Origin: Octopus bimaculoides
Lineage: Eukaryota
Assembly: GCF_001194135.2 (NCBI RefSeq)
Contig: NC_068998.1
Coordinates: 32,126,740 to 32,179,197, forward strand
Direction: 5' to 3'
Length of the DNA stretch: 52,458 nt
Made by a program: the position numbers and the translations under genes. Shown piece by piece: positions 21,201-34,110 of this stretch (the first letter of the stretch is position 1; each line of letters opens with the position of its first letter). Under the pieces are notes generated by a model. The model saw only the letters and a list, made by a program, of their open reading frames with translations. It was not told the origin of the DNA and did not search any database.

Positions 21201-21515
21201 GTACTAAGGAAGAACTGCCCACCACAACAGAACTGGTATCATCCTAAAACCAAGGTGCCACATAAAAAAGCATTGGTATAGTTGCTGGTGCCATGTAAAA
21301 AGCACTGTTGCTGGTGCCACGAAAAAAGCACTGGTGATGGTGCTAACTAAAAAGCACCCTGTACACTCTGTAAAGTGGTTGGTGCTAGGAAGGGCATCTA
21401 GTCATAGAAACCAAGTCAAAACAGACTATGGAACCTGGCCTTGTCAGTTCTTTTCAAGCTATCCAATCCATACCAGCATGGAAATGGTTGTTAAATGATG
21501 ATGATGATAATGATG
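18290..21515 (+). mobile_element. Near full-length, inactivated RTE LINE: APE endonuclease + RT + PHD-like insert + 3' UTR
   Basis: APE motifs LRAVTINVGT, LLEFCDADHLMICNTNFRK...SQIDYIL; RT motifs QFGFVPGKSTTDAI and WGLLYADDL; CLICRKGVGRNSIQCTQC..HKRC..CGRC; RLCWFGHMM; tail ends (gat)n at ~21515. Many stops and frameshifts. Confidence 0.9.
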
Positions 21516-21792
21516 TGTAAATTCAATTTTCACATCTCTCTGCCATTAGACAGTGAGTATGACAGAAGCTTCAGAGCTTATTAGAGATACTTGAGAAGAT
21601 AAAATTCATACCACTTAAAGAATACCTCATTTGGAGGCTGTTTAACCTACTATCTGCAGAGAAATTCTTATCATTCACATAAATTCAATGAGCAAAATTG
21701 GCATTCAGTCTTCATTATATATATATATATTTTTGATTATGTACTATGCCAGAGATCAATATATCCAATTAGTATTTTATCATGAAACCTTG

Positions 21793-21827
<35 letters not shown>

Positions 21828-22819
21828 TGTGTATGTGTGCACGTGTGTGTATGCGCGCACGTGTGTGTGTGTGTGTGTGTGTTTGTGTGCCCACCCATTT
21901 ACTGATACTATTCAAGAAATAAAATAATCAGTAGGGTCCAGTGAATAAAAAGTCGAAACAATACAACGGGGCAAGCACACACAGCACATGTGTTAGTGCT
22001 AACACTTCAACTTATGGCAATAGAACAAGTCTTCATTTGACTGTCAAGGCATCAGGTACAAAACTTTTTGAGACACAGAATACTGTGTGCCTTCTCAGTT
22101 TGCTACAACTAGCATACAAGTCTGCCTCAATTCACACCTTGCTATCTTAAAATGACATTAATACACACTGTCACAAAAATGATAGGATGTTCATGATTGA
22201 ATTATCTTTAACCACAGGTATTATGCTGATATTAAACATCATCATCATCATCTTCAACAACAATTGAAACCTACATCAATGCTTCAATTTGTTTTAAGGG
22301 TGTAGAGTTAATCAGATTAACATACAAACATTCCATATAACATGCGTGGGTATGCAATCCCACAGTCATTGCATAGTGCTATGCACATTGAAGTTCTATT
22401 TTCATCTTAATTTACAAAATGGCTGCCATACATTTCTGTATCACTCCTCAAAAGTGAGAATAGGCTTCCTACTAAATAATGACATTTTTGGAATTTCTGC
22501 TCTACTTGGCTTCTTCTAGGAAGCAGTGGACAATGGTGTTAACATATTCACTAAAGTTTTTTTAATTGATTTTCCATTCGGCTATATATTAAGATAAGAA
22601 GAGTTTTAAAATACCAAAAGAGTGGGTGTGAAGAAGCAAGAAAATATAAAGTTTGGAATAATTGCTCCATTCTTAAGCAAAAATTACTTTCACACTTTAT
22701 AAACACTGGATTACAATCTCCACAGTAAAGACATCAGATAAAAATGTTAGTTTTATATATATGTATATATATAAAACTATGATGATGATGATATATAAAG
22801 ACATATTTATGTATCTCTC

Positions 22820-25800
22820 TAACCAGTTTCAGCTCAAAAGCTGCGGTCTTGCTAGGGAACCACCACCATTGGCTTTGCTACACCTTCATTATTTGAAACC
22901 TCCTCTGATATGTGACATTTGGGGAATGAGGGAATTTGATGCTGCTGCCCTCATCTGTGCTTCCTGTCATAAGGTTGGCTCATCTGGAACCCTTGACAAG
23001 AGGAGATCCTGTTTTGTTTTGAAAACATCTACATCCACACCATGCAGGTCTCTCAGGCATTTTAGAAGTATATTGAAGTGCCGTGGGCCCTTGAAACCCA
23101 AGCTGTTGCAGTATCTGGTTCTGTATTTTGATGGTGATGTTGGGAACTTTAGCATTATGCAACAGTGTCTTATTCTGCTGTATGTGTAACATTTAGAGCC
23201 AAAGTTTGGTACAAGTACTTCCAGGATCTTCTAGATGTATATCACTGAATTACTTTTTCCTTCCTTTATTCTAGGGAGTAGAGTCTTAACTTTTTCAGCC
23301 TTTCCCAGTAGCTGATAAGTTACATTCAGACGATTTTCTTTGTGTAGCTTCATTGGATTGCTTTGAGTTCCACTGTTAATTTTATACTGTGGTGACCATA
23401 GTCAGGAGCATTAATCTAAGTGGCTGAGGACATATGTCCTCTAAAAGACCATCATGCTTTGTGTGTTGGTAGCATGCAGCTTGAAATTTTCCATCATTAA
23501 ACTGCATGTTATTGTTCTCAGCCCACCTGTGTATTGCATCCAAATCCCATTGCAAATGTGCAATATTTCCAGGGTTTTGAATCCCCTGAGAGACTTTTGT
23601 GTCATCTGCATAGCTAGCAAGGGTGGCTATCTGAGCATCTGAGAGCATGTCTGAGAGGGCCACTATGAACAGCAGTGGTCCTAAGCCAGTGTCCTGTGGA
23701 ATGCCACTTACAATTTTTGCTTCCTTTAAGGTGGCTCCATTGGCTACTTCTATCCTTTAGAAAGTTGCATAGCCACTGTCCAAGTTTTCCAACTTTTCTG
23801 AGATCATGCAGTTTGTGACATACTATACCATGGTCAACTTTATCAAAGGCTTTTGCAAAGTCGTTATATATCACATCCACATTTGAGTTGTTGAGCAGCT
23901 GCTTTAACACCCAGTCATAGTGCTGCAAGAGCTGTGTCAGGCAGCTTCTATCTGGTCGAAATCCATACTGAGTGTCAGTCAGAAAGTCATTCTCTCCAAG
24001 GAACACAATTCGTTTTTTGTGGACCATTCATTTCATGATTGTGCTGATGTGTGAGGTCAGAGAGGTAGACCTATAATTTTTAGTATCTGCTCTGCTTCCT
24101 CCTTTGCAGATAGGTCATGTTATTCCCTCCTTCAGTTTCTGAGGAGCCTACCACTTGCAAGAAAACACTGGAAAAGAAGTTGCAGTGGTTTTGCACGGGC
24201 TTGTTCACATGATTAGGATTCCTGGGAATCAATCAGGGCTAGGAGCTGAGTTTGCATCTAACTCATCTATGGCCAGTATTACATCTTCTTTAATGTCAAT
24301 GTAATCAATCAGTTATTGTTTCTTTTGTTACAGGTGAAGTAGCAAGGAAATTTGTTGGGTTGTTCACTTGCTTGTGTCCCAAAGGAGTAGTGAACACACT
24401 TTGGAACTGTTTGTTCAGTATTTCACTTATCCTCATTGGGTTCCTTGTGAAGGAGCCATCCTTTTGGAAGAGGAACCCTATCTTGTAGCATATTGAGGCG
24501 ATTTCTTTGGCAAAGTTACAGAAAGCTTTAGGGTTTGACTTAATATTTTCTATAACCCAGGCCTTCTTATCTGCTCTCTTTTTCATGGGATTAATGCAGA
24601 CTTTTCTCAATCTCTAACAGCATTCTTTTCAGGTGGGACTTTTCGCTACTTTTGAGATGCTTGTTCAAGTGCTTTGCAGTCTTTGTCCATTGTCTCATAA
24701 CAATTTTCCTTTCCCTAGGGATCTTAATTTTGTGTATGCTGGCCTGGGACAGATTTGTTGCATATGGCTTGCATTATGGACATGAAATGTTTGAGTTTCA
24801 TGTCAATGTCTAGTGCGGAGAGACATTTAGGCCAATCCTGTTTGATTGAGGATCTCTTTCTTACTCAACTTCCATTTACCTTTATGAAAGTTCGGACTGC
24901 AGAGATTTCAGGTGCTTTGTATGGGCTGTATGTCTACTGGGGCTTTTGGTCCATACTTAGACAGTTCTATTATGTTGTGATCTGAAGCTAGTGTTGGTAT
25001 CACTTTCTCATTATGGATGATGTCCATAGTGTTTGTGAAGCAGAGATCTAGTATATTATTTGCCTTGGTTGGTTGGAGCACAATTTGCTTCATGAATGAA
25101 GTATTGATAAGATTGAGAAGGGACTCCACCTGTGCATATTGGCAATGCATTATTCCGGAGAGTATTAGGCCCTCAGGCCATCCCAAGGAATACACTAATG
25201 TGTTGCTCCAGTTCTGTGTGAACTTCTATCTTTTCGAGACAGTCTTCAAGCTTGCCTGTGTGATTTGGAGCATCTGGTGGGAGATATGTAGTACATATAA
25301 CAATATCAAACTGTGTTATGGATGCAATTTGAGTGTTACTCACTGAATTTGAATATGACTGCTGGACCTGGGGCGTGGGATTCTCTTGGATGTACACTGC
25401 AACTCTACTATGGCTCCTTTCTTTTCTATCTATTTGTATTACAACATATTTTGGTATGTGTCCTTCTGCACCCCCCTAGATCAAGTCTAAGATGTGTCTC
25501 CACAAGTGCTATGCATAGAGCTTGACTGCATGCAACAAAGTATCTCAGGAAAGAGATTTTTGTTTTGCAGTTGAGGTGTAACAAATTTCTGATGTTTAAA
25601 AGAAATATTTGTGCGACACCTATGTTGGTGTTAGTGGTGACCGTTTTGTATCTGTTAACTGTGGTGGCCTTGTGTGGGGGTAGGGATGGTTCCAAGCCTG
25701 TGCCTGATGAAGCCAGGTTAGCTGCTGCACAATCTTTTGAACCATCCACAAAAAAGATTTTTGTTCAGTTGCTGCTCTTTTCACATCTGTATGAAGCTGG

Positions 25801-25900
25801 TTGTTTGTTGGGGCACACACTATATCTGTATATTATCTTTGGGGAGTAGACAGAATGCAATTGTTTCTTTTTTGGTGTCCATCTTTTTCTCTTCTTCAGC
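22820..25900 (-). mobile_element. Inactivated CR1-clade LINE (APE + RT + C-terminus; possible ORF1 end)
   Basis: LLNIRNL...IALVETHL, PTKANNILDLCFTN, IKSNPKAF, QYGFRPDRSCLTQLLQHYD...DVIYNDFAKAFDKVDHG, SYADDTKV...WAENNNMQFNDGKFQ, NSLGFKGPRHFNIL...FKTKQDLLLSRVPDEP. Confidence 0.9.
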
Positions 25901-25904
25901 ATAG

Positions 25905-26165
25905 GGTGCTTTTTAATGTGCCAGTTATGCAACATTGGCATCGGCCATGACTATGATCTTGGCTTGACGGATCTTCTCAAGCACGGCATATCACTAAAGG
26001 CTTTGGTCACTTGTCGTTGCCTCCATGAGGCCCAACATTCAAAGATCATACTTTACCACCTTGCCCCATGTCTTCTTGGGTCTGTCTACCTCTTCCATGG
26101 GTTCCCTCCACTGTTAGAATGCGGCACTTCTTCACACAGCTGTCCTCATCAATATGCATATTTTC
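25905..26165 (-). mobile_element. RTE LINE fragment (ORF2 end and start of 3' UTR)
   Basis: Homologous to 13570-13780 (cttctcaagcac...catgtcttcttgggtct...cacacagctgtcctcatc). Confidence 0.8.
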
Positions 26166-26169
26166 ATCA

Positions 26170-26850
26170 ATGTCAAGATATTTATAGTATTCTTTGTGTG
26201 GGACAGAAAAGATAGTGAGACCATTGATGCGCAGGTTTTGTATCTGGTTTTGTACTGATTTCCCTATTCAGCAATTAAAGAAGAACATTTCTTCTGACCA
26301 AATTCCATTCCTATGTCAATTGAAAATGGTGTTATTAATTCCAATTGTTATCATTTTTAGCATAAATCTTGAGGTCATCCACAAAGAAATTATGGGTTAC
26401 ATTAATATCTCCTGCAGTTTCAAACCCAAGCATGTAGCCGTTTGTTTTTTGTGGCAGGAATGATAATAGGTTTAATGCCAAAGTGATCAGAAGTACAGAA
26501 AGACTATCTCCCTGGAATATTCCCTTTGAAATATTTATGGCATTGGGGACGATTGTTCCACTCTCTGTTCTAAGTGTGAGGATTGTATCTTAGGTTTTTG
26601 TGAGCCTCTCAATGACTGCAAGTGAGGTAGTAGGCACTTTTGCCAAATGGAGACACTTCAGCAACCATGAGTGGGAAATGCCTTCCTATAATAAAGCCAT
26701 ACTGTTGTATGATGTTTTTTTTACCTCTGCCAGTACAGCTTTGTTTCTCAGAAGTTGTTCATCACACTCCTACACTTCATTCTTTCCACTGGCCTTGCTC
26801 ATCAGTCACTATGTTGTTGAACTCACAATGATCCTGAAATGTATGCATGC
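26170..26850 (-). mobile_element. R4/Dong-like (R2-superfamily) LINE, reverse-transcriptase fragment
   Basis: My minus-strand translation across frameshifts: HCEFNNIVTDEQ...EQLLRNKAVL...YRKA...HSWLLKCL...INISKGIFQGDSLSVLL..ALNLLSFL...THNFFVDDLKIYAK...DIGMEFGQKKC. Confidence 0.75.
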
Positions 26851-27229
26851 ATGTATGTTGAATATTTCTTAAGAAAGTTCAAACTGCGAGCAGCATATTT
26901 TTCTTTTACAGTTAAGAAGGTTACCAGTGTTTGAAAATATGAGGTGGAGATAGTGCGTTGGTTGCATGCAGCTATTCATTAAAAAAAACTCAGATGGAGA
27001 ATCTATGGAATGTCTAACAAATCTTCACTGTGTCACTAATATATTGGATTTGGAGAATCTGCATCAGTTTCTTTTGCTCTTTCTTTGAAAGATCTAGTAT
27101 TTTTTTTGTATATTTGTATGTACATAACCTAATGAACCTATGCTGATAGGTACAAATGAAAACTTATGGTCAGGGTACAAAAGTTGTAAGTTCCACATTA
27201 ATTATATGTAAGTATATATATATATATTG

Positions 27230-27382
27230 GATGCCCTTGGCATTAGGAAGGGCATCCAGCTGTAGAAACTCTGCCAAATCAGATTGGAGCCTGGCGTCGC
27301 CTCCTGATCCACCAGTCCTCAGTCAAATCGTCCAACCCATGCTAGCATGGAAAGCGGACGTTAAATGATGATGATGATGATG
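27230..27382 (+). mobile_element. Severely 5'-truncated RTE 3' end
   Basis: Near-identical to 118-267; possible TSD ATATATTG at 27222-27229 and 27383-27390. Confidence 0.8.
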
Positions 27383-28849
27383 ATATATTGCTAAGTTGTT
27401 AAATGCTACAGATTATTTGATTTATGTTAGTTAGGATTTTGAAACAATGCAGACTTATGTTTGCTGCTTGCTATAAATTCTAATAAAATGTTTAACAAAA
27501 AAAAACCCACTTTTTATTGAAAACACGAGCTAGATAGATAAGTTGCATGTAAGTTTGAATGCTGTGCAATAGCGTTGAAATGAAATAGTTTTGCATGAGT
27601 TCTCTTCAATGATTGAGAAAAATTAGCAAAAACATTACATACAAGCTTTTGGATTCCAAATATTTGCTATCAGGGAAAAACTATTATTCTTTTATGAAAT
27701 TTTACCAATTTTATTTCCAAATCATTGACAGTATAAGGTATTGAACTGTCTACAAGTGTAGTGCTAATGTTCTTAATGAGCATGGTAACTTTCCTCAGTC
27801 AAGACTAACCCATAAGACACTGAACAATACTAAGTCAACCAAACAAGGGTTACAACTAAAAAATTTAAATGGAAAGAAAGCAAATCTCTTTGAAATAAGT
27901 TAAGAATCAAATTCCATTTTATTAAAATTGAAAATAAGCAATGCAATAAGGAGAAAAATAATCTGATTTTTAGTAAATGCAGTGACAATCCTTGACAGAA
28001 GTCAATCTTTTCCTTGAGAAAATGAGTTCAAGCCTACCTCTGATGTTTAATTGCATTTCTGGCATAACTGTTCAATATACATTGTCTCAGTTCACTCACT
28101 TAACAGCAAAAGGTACCAAATCATCTGAGAATGCTGTATGAGAGATATTTATCTTTTATTCATTTCACATCATAAATTAAGCACCAGCTCTTAAAAGCCT
28201 CTTTGGAGCTTTGGAAACACTGTTTATAATATGAGACAAAATGGCAATGATGGACTACTAACCAAACAAATTCAGATATATGTATTCTGTCTCTGAAGAA
28301 AGCACATATACTGCTTATTCTAGTTTGGCTGACTGAACAAAAAAAGAAAAAAAATTGGCACCACTCTTACTGCATAGTTAAGTGATTTGTGGTAGGAGAG
28401 GTAGCCAGCTGTAAAATCAATTTATTCAACAAATAAATGATCCCACTCATGCATGCATAGAAAAATAGAAGTAAAGTAGTAAAAACAAAATAATTTCATT
28501 ATATCATACTTTCAATATCCTGGCAATCTTTATGATTTATCAATTTTAGATTATCAAAACATTTAGTTTCATGATGACTATTCAATATGATATATATGTT
28601 GAGGCCAAATCTTTGTATTATTAAAGATCAATTTAATTATTCCAGAAATAGCCTAATGTGCAGCAGTGAATCTGAGTAAACTTATCTTCAAGCATTTATG
28701 TAGAGAGTCTGGCACAGAAACCTCATGATTTTTAAATGAATGTAATCTTGGCATGTACAGGATTTTAGTAATCCTCACTGTGTAATTGTGCAGAACAATA
28801 TTTGTCATTTATAAAAATATATAATTATCACATTAAGTAACTGTTCATT

Positions 28850-29800
28850 TAGTGCTGAAAATATCATCATCCAAATGCTTCCCATTGTTTTGCAAACATA
28901 TATATAACCCAGATTGTATGTTCTGCATTGCTCATTGCAACATATCATGGAGATATTGCCTGATAAGTACCAGCTTTCAGTTCATTCAGTGTAGATGGTT
29001 TCTTGACAAACACTTTCCATTTGAAGTAACTTGAAAGAAAATGACCAAAACTGAAAAGTCAGATGATTGTGCAGGTTGTTGTATATCACAATGCTGAGAA
29101 ATGACATGATTGGTAAGCATTTCTTTAATAATGCCTATAGAATCTCCTGCTCTATGGGTGGTCACACCATGTCTAAAGCAGCATACATATCAAATATTAA
29201 TGCTATATGTGTTCAATATGGGAATAGGAAGTTGTGCAACATAAGCTCATAATTGGAATCCACTGTTATTACATGTCTTCCTTCTTCAAAGAAATTTCAA
29301 CCTATCACACCAAACTGGTAAATGTTGATTTATTTCTTACACAATCATAATCTTATAAGGATGAAAATGTAAAGAAATATCCATTACAGACTATGATCTG
29401 AAATGTTCCGTTCTACTCTATACTATTTTGATGTAGAAAAATGTCTGTTTACTACAGCTCACCCACTGATCCCAATATTCTCTAGTGTTTTGAAAGACAG
29501 AATGCTCACCTCCAGATAATTTTTTTTTCAATGTGGCATCAGTCAATTTGAACTATTCTGCCCATAACAATATGTCTGAATCACAAAAGCATTATGTCAC
29601 AAATTTCACTGTTTAATAGATATTGAAATGGTGTTATATGTGTTTCTCAATGCAACAGAAAACATGAACCCCGTCTTCTTCATCTATTAGACTGCTGTCA
29701 TTTTAAAAACCATCAAGTTTCTTTGCTGGACTCTGTCCAATAAGCTGATTTGACACACTAATAAAAGATAATACTAAAGATAACAACCTGAGATATCTTT
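28850..29800 (-). mobile_element. Decayed Tc1/mariner-superfamily transposase remnant
   Basis: Minus-strand translation HGVTTHRAGDSIGIIKEMLTNHVISQHCDIQQPAQSSDFS...VFVKKPSTLNELK resembles the QDGAT.HT...WPARSPDL...KP.TL.ELK catalytic C-half. No TIRs found. Confidence 0.55.
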
Positions 29801-30489
29801 TTAGCTTTTGTAAAGTAAGAGTAGATCATAAAACAGGAACTGCTAAAACACAGGACAAAGAGTGTATGTCAGAAATCATCATAATAATGAATCTTTAAGT
29901 TATTGTGAAGGTGTCACACTTTGATATTTGATTCTGAAGATAGCAACATGAATAAATAACAATGATGCTCTTTCAGAAGGTCTCCGGGCAACAGTTTATA
30001 TAGGACTGGTGTGTATAGATGATTTTATCACTCCCAGTACATTGTATATAATTGGTACTTATTTTATCAACTCTTAATTGATGGAAGACTATCATTTGTC
30101 TCTACCATAATGATGATGATGAGGATGCTGATAATGGTGGTTATGACGATGCTGTCATTGATGATGGTTGGTTGTTGTCACATCAAGTCATTTGATAGTA
30201 GTATCATGATCCAGAGTAGTAGTGTTGACTCAACAGAATATTGTGAAGTTTTCACATTTGAGCAACACTCCAGAATATGAGAGTGTAGATAATGAGTCCA
30301 ACAGGTACAGGAAAGTTGTAATACCAAATTCTTAGTCTATAGCTGACACTCAAATAAAAACAAAAATATCAACTGTTTTTATGCAGCCACACAGCATTAA
30401 AGGGATTGAACTACTTAGCTTTCTTTTACATATGAAATAACAAACTCTTTCAACTACAGGACATTGTCCTTATGGAGGAAAAACACATC

Positions 30490-32480
30490 AAATCTGGAGT
30501 CTCCTGCACAGCTCATATGGCCAAGTGCTTCTCACAGACACAGCATCCATCCTCAACTACTGGTCTAAATACTTTGAGGCCCTCTTCAGTGCAAACTGAG
30601 TTGTCCAGGAAAATGCAATCCTTCACATCCAGCAGCAGCTAGTCAGGATGGAACTAGATGAGCCTCCAATCCTGGAAGAGACCACAGTTGCCATAGGCCG
30701 GCTGAAGAGTATAAAGGCAACTGGAGTTGATGGCATACCACCAGAGATATGGAAGCATGGCGGTTCTGTCCTACATGCTAAACTCCATGAGCTCCTTGTT
30801 ACATATTGGGAACAGGGCAAGCTGCCATGAGATCTCCACAATACTGTCATCATTACACTGTACAAAAACAAAGGGAAAAAGTCAGACTGCTTGAACTACC
30901 AGGGGATCACCCTGCTTTTCATTGCAGGAAAAGTTCTAGCAAGAAAACTCCTCAACAGACTTGTTCTGTCCATTGTCAAAAATCACTTTCCAGAAAGCCA
31001 ATGTATTTGTATTTTCAGAGCTGACAGAGACACAAAAGATATGGTTTTCATTCTCAGGCAGCTCCAAGAAAAGTGCCAGGAGCAAAACAAGGCATTATAT
31101 GCAACATTTGTCGATCTGACAAAAGTATTCAATACTGTGAGCAGAAAAGGTCTGTGGCAGACACTAAACTGATTCAGCTGTCCCCTAAAATTCCTAACCA
31201 TGATCATCCAGCTTTGAAGACCAACAAGGACAAGTCCGCCTGAACAGCAACATATCAGTGCCATTTCCTATCAACAACGACATGTAGCTGGGCTGTGACC
31301 TGGCACCAACTATCTTCAGTATTTTCTTCAGCATGATACTCAAGCAGGCCACTGCAAATCTCGATGCTGAAGATGGCATTTACATCAGGTACTGTCTGGA
31401 TGGTAGTCTATTTTATACTCAAATATAATATAAATAAACATACAATTTAGCACCTATTATTTTTATGGGCCTGTAGGCCCAAACCAAGACCCAAGAGCAA
31501 CTAATCCAGGACCTTCTCTTTGTAGTTGATGCCACACTTGTTGCACACACAAAAAGAGCCCTGCAACACATCACATCATGCTTTGCAGAGGCTGCCCAGC
31601 TCTTTGGGCTGGAAGCAAGTTTGAAAAGGACTGAAGTCCTACACCAAACAGCTCCTCAGAAAGAGTACAGCTTGCCCTACATCACCATTATTGAAACAGA
31701 ACTGAAGTCAGTACAGCAGTTCACTTATCTTGGTTGCACCATCTCATCAGATGTGAATATCGACATAGAAATTGACAACAAACTTGCAAAGGCAAACGAA
31801 TCATTTGGTAGACTGTACAAGCCTGTGCAGAACAACAATCATCTTAATATCAGCACATAAGTCAGTGTCTACATGGCCGTTGTTCTCATGATGCTCCTAT
31901 ATGGCTCTCAGCCTTGGGTTCCCTATTGTTATCCTCTCAGATTCCTCGAATGTTTTCACCAACACTGCTTCCATATCATCCTCAACATTTATTGGAGGGC
32001 AAAGGTCTCCAGCTTGGAAGCCATTTTATTTAGGACAAGACTGTGTTGGGTAGAGCATGTTGTCAGAATGAAAGACCACCACCATCATGTATGGTGAGCT
32101 CAACACCAGCCACCACAGCAGGTGGGGGGGCACCTAGGAAGCATTACAAGGACTGTCTGAAGCAGTCCCTTAGCGTTTGTGACATTGATTATTGTATCGC
32201 GAATAGTCCACCCTAACAACTGACTGTGTCACTTGACACCATACCATCAGAGATGTTGTTTCCTCCTTTGAGATCTCTCACAGTGCCTCTCTTGAAGACA
32301 AATGCCAGTGATAAAAATGCAATGCAGCTGCATCATCAGACCCTAAACAACCATATCCCCTTCATCACTGCAACTGGATATGTTGATCCCACATCGGCCT
32401 TATCAGCCATGAATGAGCATGCAGACAATGTGGAATACAACCTTCCTAATCTTTATCAGTGAAGGCAAGCCAAGAAGGAT
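30490..32480 (+). mobile_element. 5'-truncated, inactivated RTE (BovB-like) LINE
   Basis: KATGVDGIPPEIWKHGG...NYQGITLLFIAGKVLARKLLNRL...FRADRDTKDMVFILRQLQEKCQEQNKALYATFVDLTKVFNTVSRKGLW, FTYLGCTIS, RLCWVEHVVRM, terminal zinc-finger-like SHIGLISHE. Confidence 0.85.
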
Positions 32481-32640
32481 ATATATATAAATATATATAT
32501 AGGTTCTGGTATATTCTGTTAAGATTGTAGTAGAGTACAGTATAAAGCTTGTCCACCTTCAGATTTCACCCTGTGCTATCCAGTAATTGTATTATATATA
32601 CTTGCAGGTTTGTGTTTGGGCTTCTGTCGTGTGTGAATAG

Positions 32641-32923
32641 ATAACTGAAAAAATTTGGAGTCAACACCTTTGATAAACGTAGTGGCTACTACAAAGTTTA
32701 AGCCATAACAAACAGAGAGGATGTTCTTGAAGCTGAGAATTTGAACTTACGGAAATAATATTTACATATCACTTGAAGAAACACAACTAGATCTCATAAT
32801 GCAGGGAAACAGTTGCATAATCAAGTGCTTGCACACCTGGAGAACTACATTGCATAAAAACAATTGTAGTGATTGCGAATAAGTATCCAATCATACTCCT
32901 TCTTGTTGACTCCAAATTTTATC

Positions 32924-32929
<6 letters not shown>
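32641..32929. mobile_element. Small element bounded by 26-bp inverted repeats (24/26), abutting (TA)n; MITE or Penelope-like remnant
   Basis: ataactgaaaaaatttggagtcaaca (32641-32666) versus tgttgactccaaattttatcaattat (32904-32929). Confidence 0.5.
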
Positions 32930-32971
<42 letters not shown>

Positions 32972-33228
32972 NNNNNNNNNNNNNNNNNNNNNNNNNNNNN
33001 NNNNNNNNNNNNNNNNNNNNNNNNNNNNNNNNNNNNNNNNNNNNNNNNNNNNNNNNNNNNNNNNNNNNNNNNNNNNNNNNNNNNNNNNNNNNNNNNNNNN
33101 NNNNNNNNNNNNNNNNNNNNNNNNNNNNNNNNNNNNNNNNNNNNNNNNNNNNNNNNNNNNNNNNNNNNNNNNNNNNNNNNNNNNNNNNNNNNNNNNNNNN
33201 NNNNNNNNNNNNNNNNNNNNNNNNNNNN

Positions 33229-33270
<42 letters not shown>
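32926..33270. repeat. (TA)n microsatellite spanning an assembly gap
   Basis: Visible TA runs on both sides of N 32972-33228. Confidence 0.9.
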
Positions 33271-33274
<4 letters not shown>

Positions 33275-33514
33275 GTGTGTGTGTTTGATTTTTGTATTTT
33301 GTATTTGTCAGATGTCTAACAGTAGACTCATAAAAGCTATATGCTACTTGTTGCAAGTTGTTGCATATTATACCCAACATGCCAAGTTAACTGTAGGGGA
33401 TTTTTATATATGCGGTACTTCATGTAGCATAGGATAAATATATTAATAATGAGAAATACTTCATAGATTGAGATTTTATATTTTCATAATAAACCATTGA
33501 AAAATAGTGTAACC

Positions 33515-33720
33515 AGAACAGCTGGCAGAATCGTTAGCATGTCGGGTGAAATGTTTACCACAATTTTGTCCACCTTCACATTCTGAGTTCAAATTCCACT
33601 GAGGTTGACTTTGCCTTTCATCCTTTTGGGATCGATAAAATAAGTATCAGCTGAGTACTGGGGTCAGTGTATCCAACTCTTCCCCAAATTTATAGCCTTG
33701 TGCCAAAATTTGGAACCAGT
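33515..33720 (+). mobile_element. SINE family B
   Basis: ggcagaatcgttagcatgtcgggtgaaatg...gagttcaaattccactgaggttgactttgcctttcatcc; matches 9704-9918. Confidence 0.8.
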
Positions 33721-33929
33721 ATTTTAATCAGGAAGGAAGGTAGTATTCATGACCATTTATAAGGTCTCTGAGACTAGTGGGAATGGGGAATTTATCCTTA
33801 ACCTGGAGCCCTGGTTCAAATGGTTGCAACAAAGAGGACTCTGCTAAAGGTACCCAAAGTACCACATGGTAGTATTTAACTGGTCTATGGATGAAGCTTC
33901 TGATCCAAGTGGGCAAAGCTAGAATTTGA

Positions 33930-34110
33930 AGTCAGAATGCTAAGAGCTGAAACGAATACCACAGGGCATCCAGTCCAATGTTCTTACCATTCTTCCAGTC
34001 CACCACCTAGAGGTGGTGTTTTTTTTATCAACCTTAAAAGGATGAAAGGCAAAGTTGGCTCTAGCAGGATTTGAACTCACAGTGCAGAGAGTACCTCAAA
34101 TACTGTGATA
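33930..34110 (-). mobile_element. SINE family B, degraded
   Basis: tttatcaaccttaaaaggatgaaaggcaaagttggctctagcaggatttgaactc is the core on the minus strand. Confidence 0.6.

Larger units (their letters stand above)
2566..33228. other. Assembly gaps (N runs): 2566-2814, 3951-4076, 6546-6670, 10882-10891, 16352-16361, 32972-33228
   Basis: N characters in the sequence; most adjoin simple repeats. Confidence 0.95.

Noticed and set aside
28090-28135. 40-bp minus-strand micro-exon (FSDDLVPFAV) with GTGAGT donor
   Set aside because: Only splice-like signals, with no recognisable protein or partner exons; expected by chance.
32869-33380. Long ORFs with YI repeats and X runs (also 35049-35444, 46649-46913, 50965-51321, 6351-6817)
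   Set aside because: Artefacts of (TA)n, (GT)n, telomeric repeats and N gaps.
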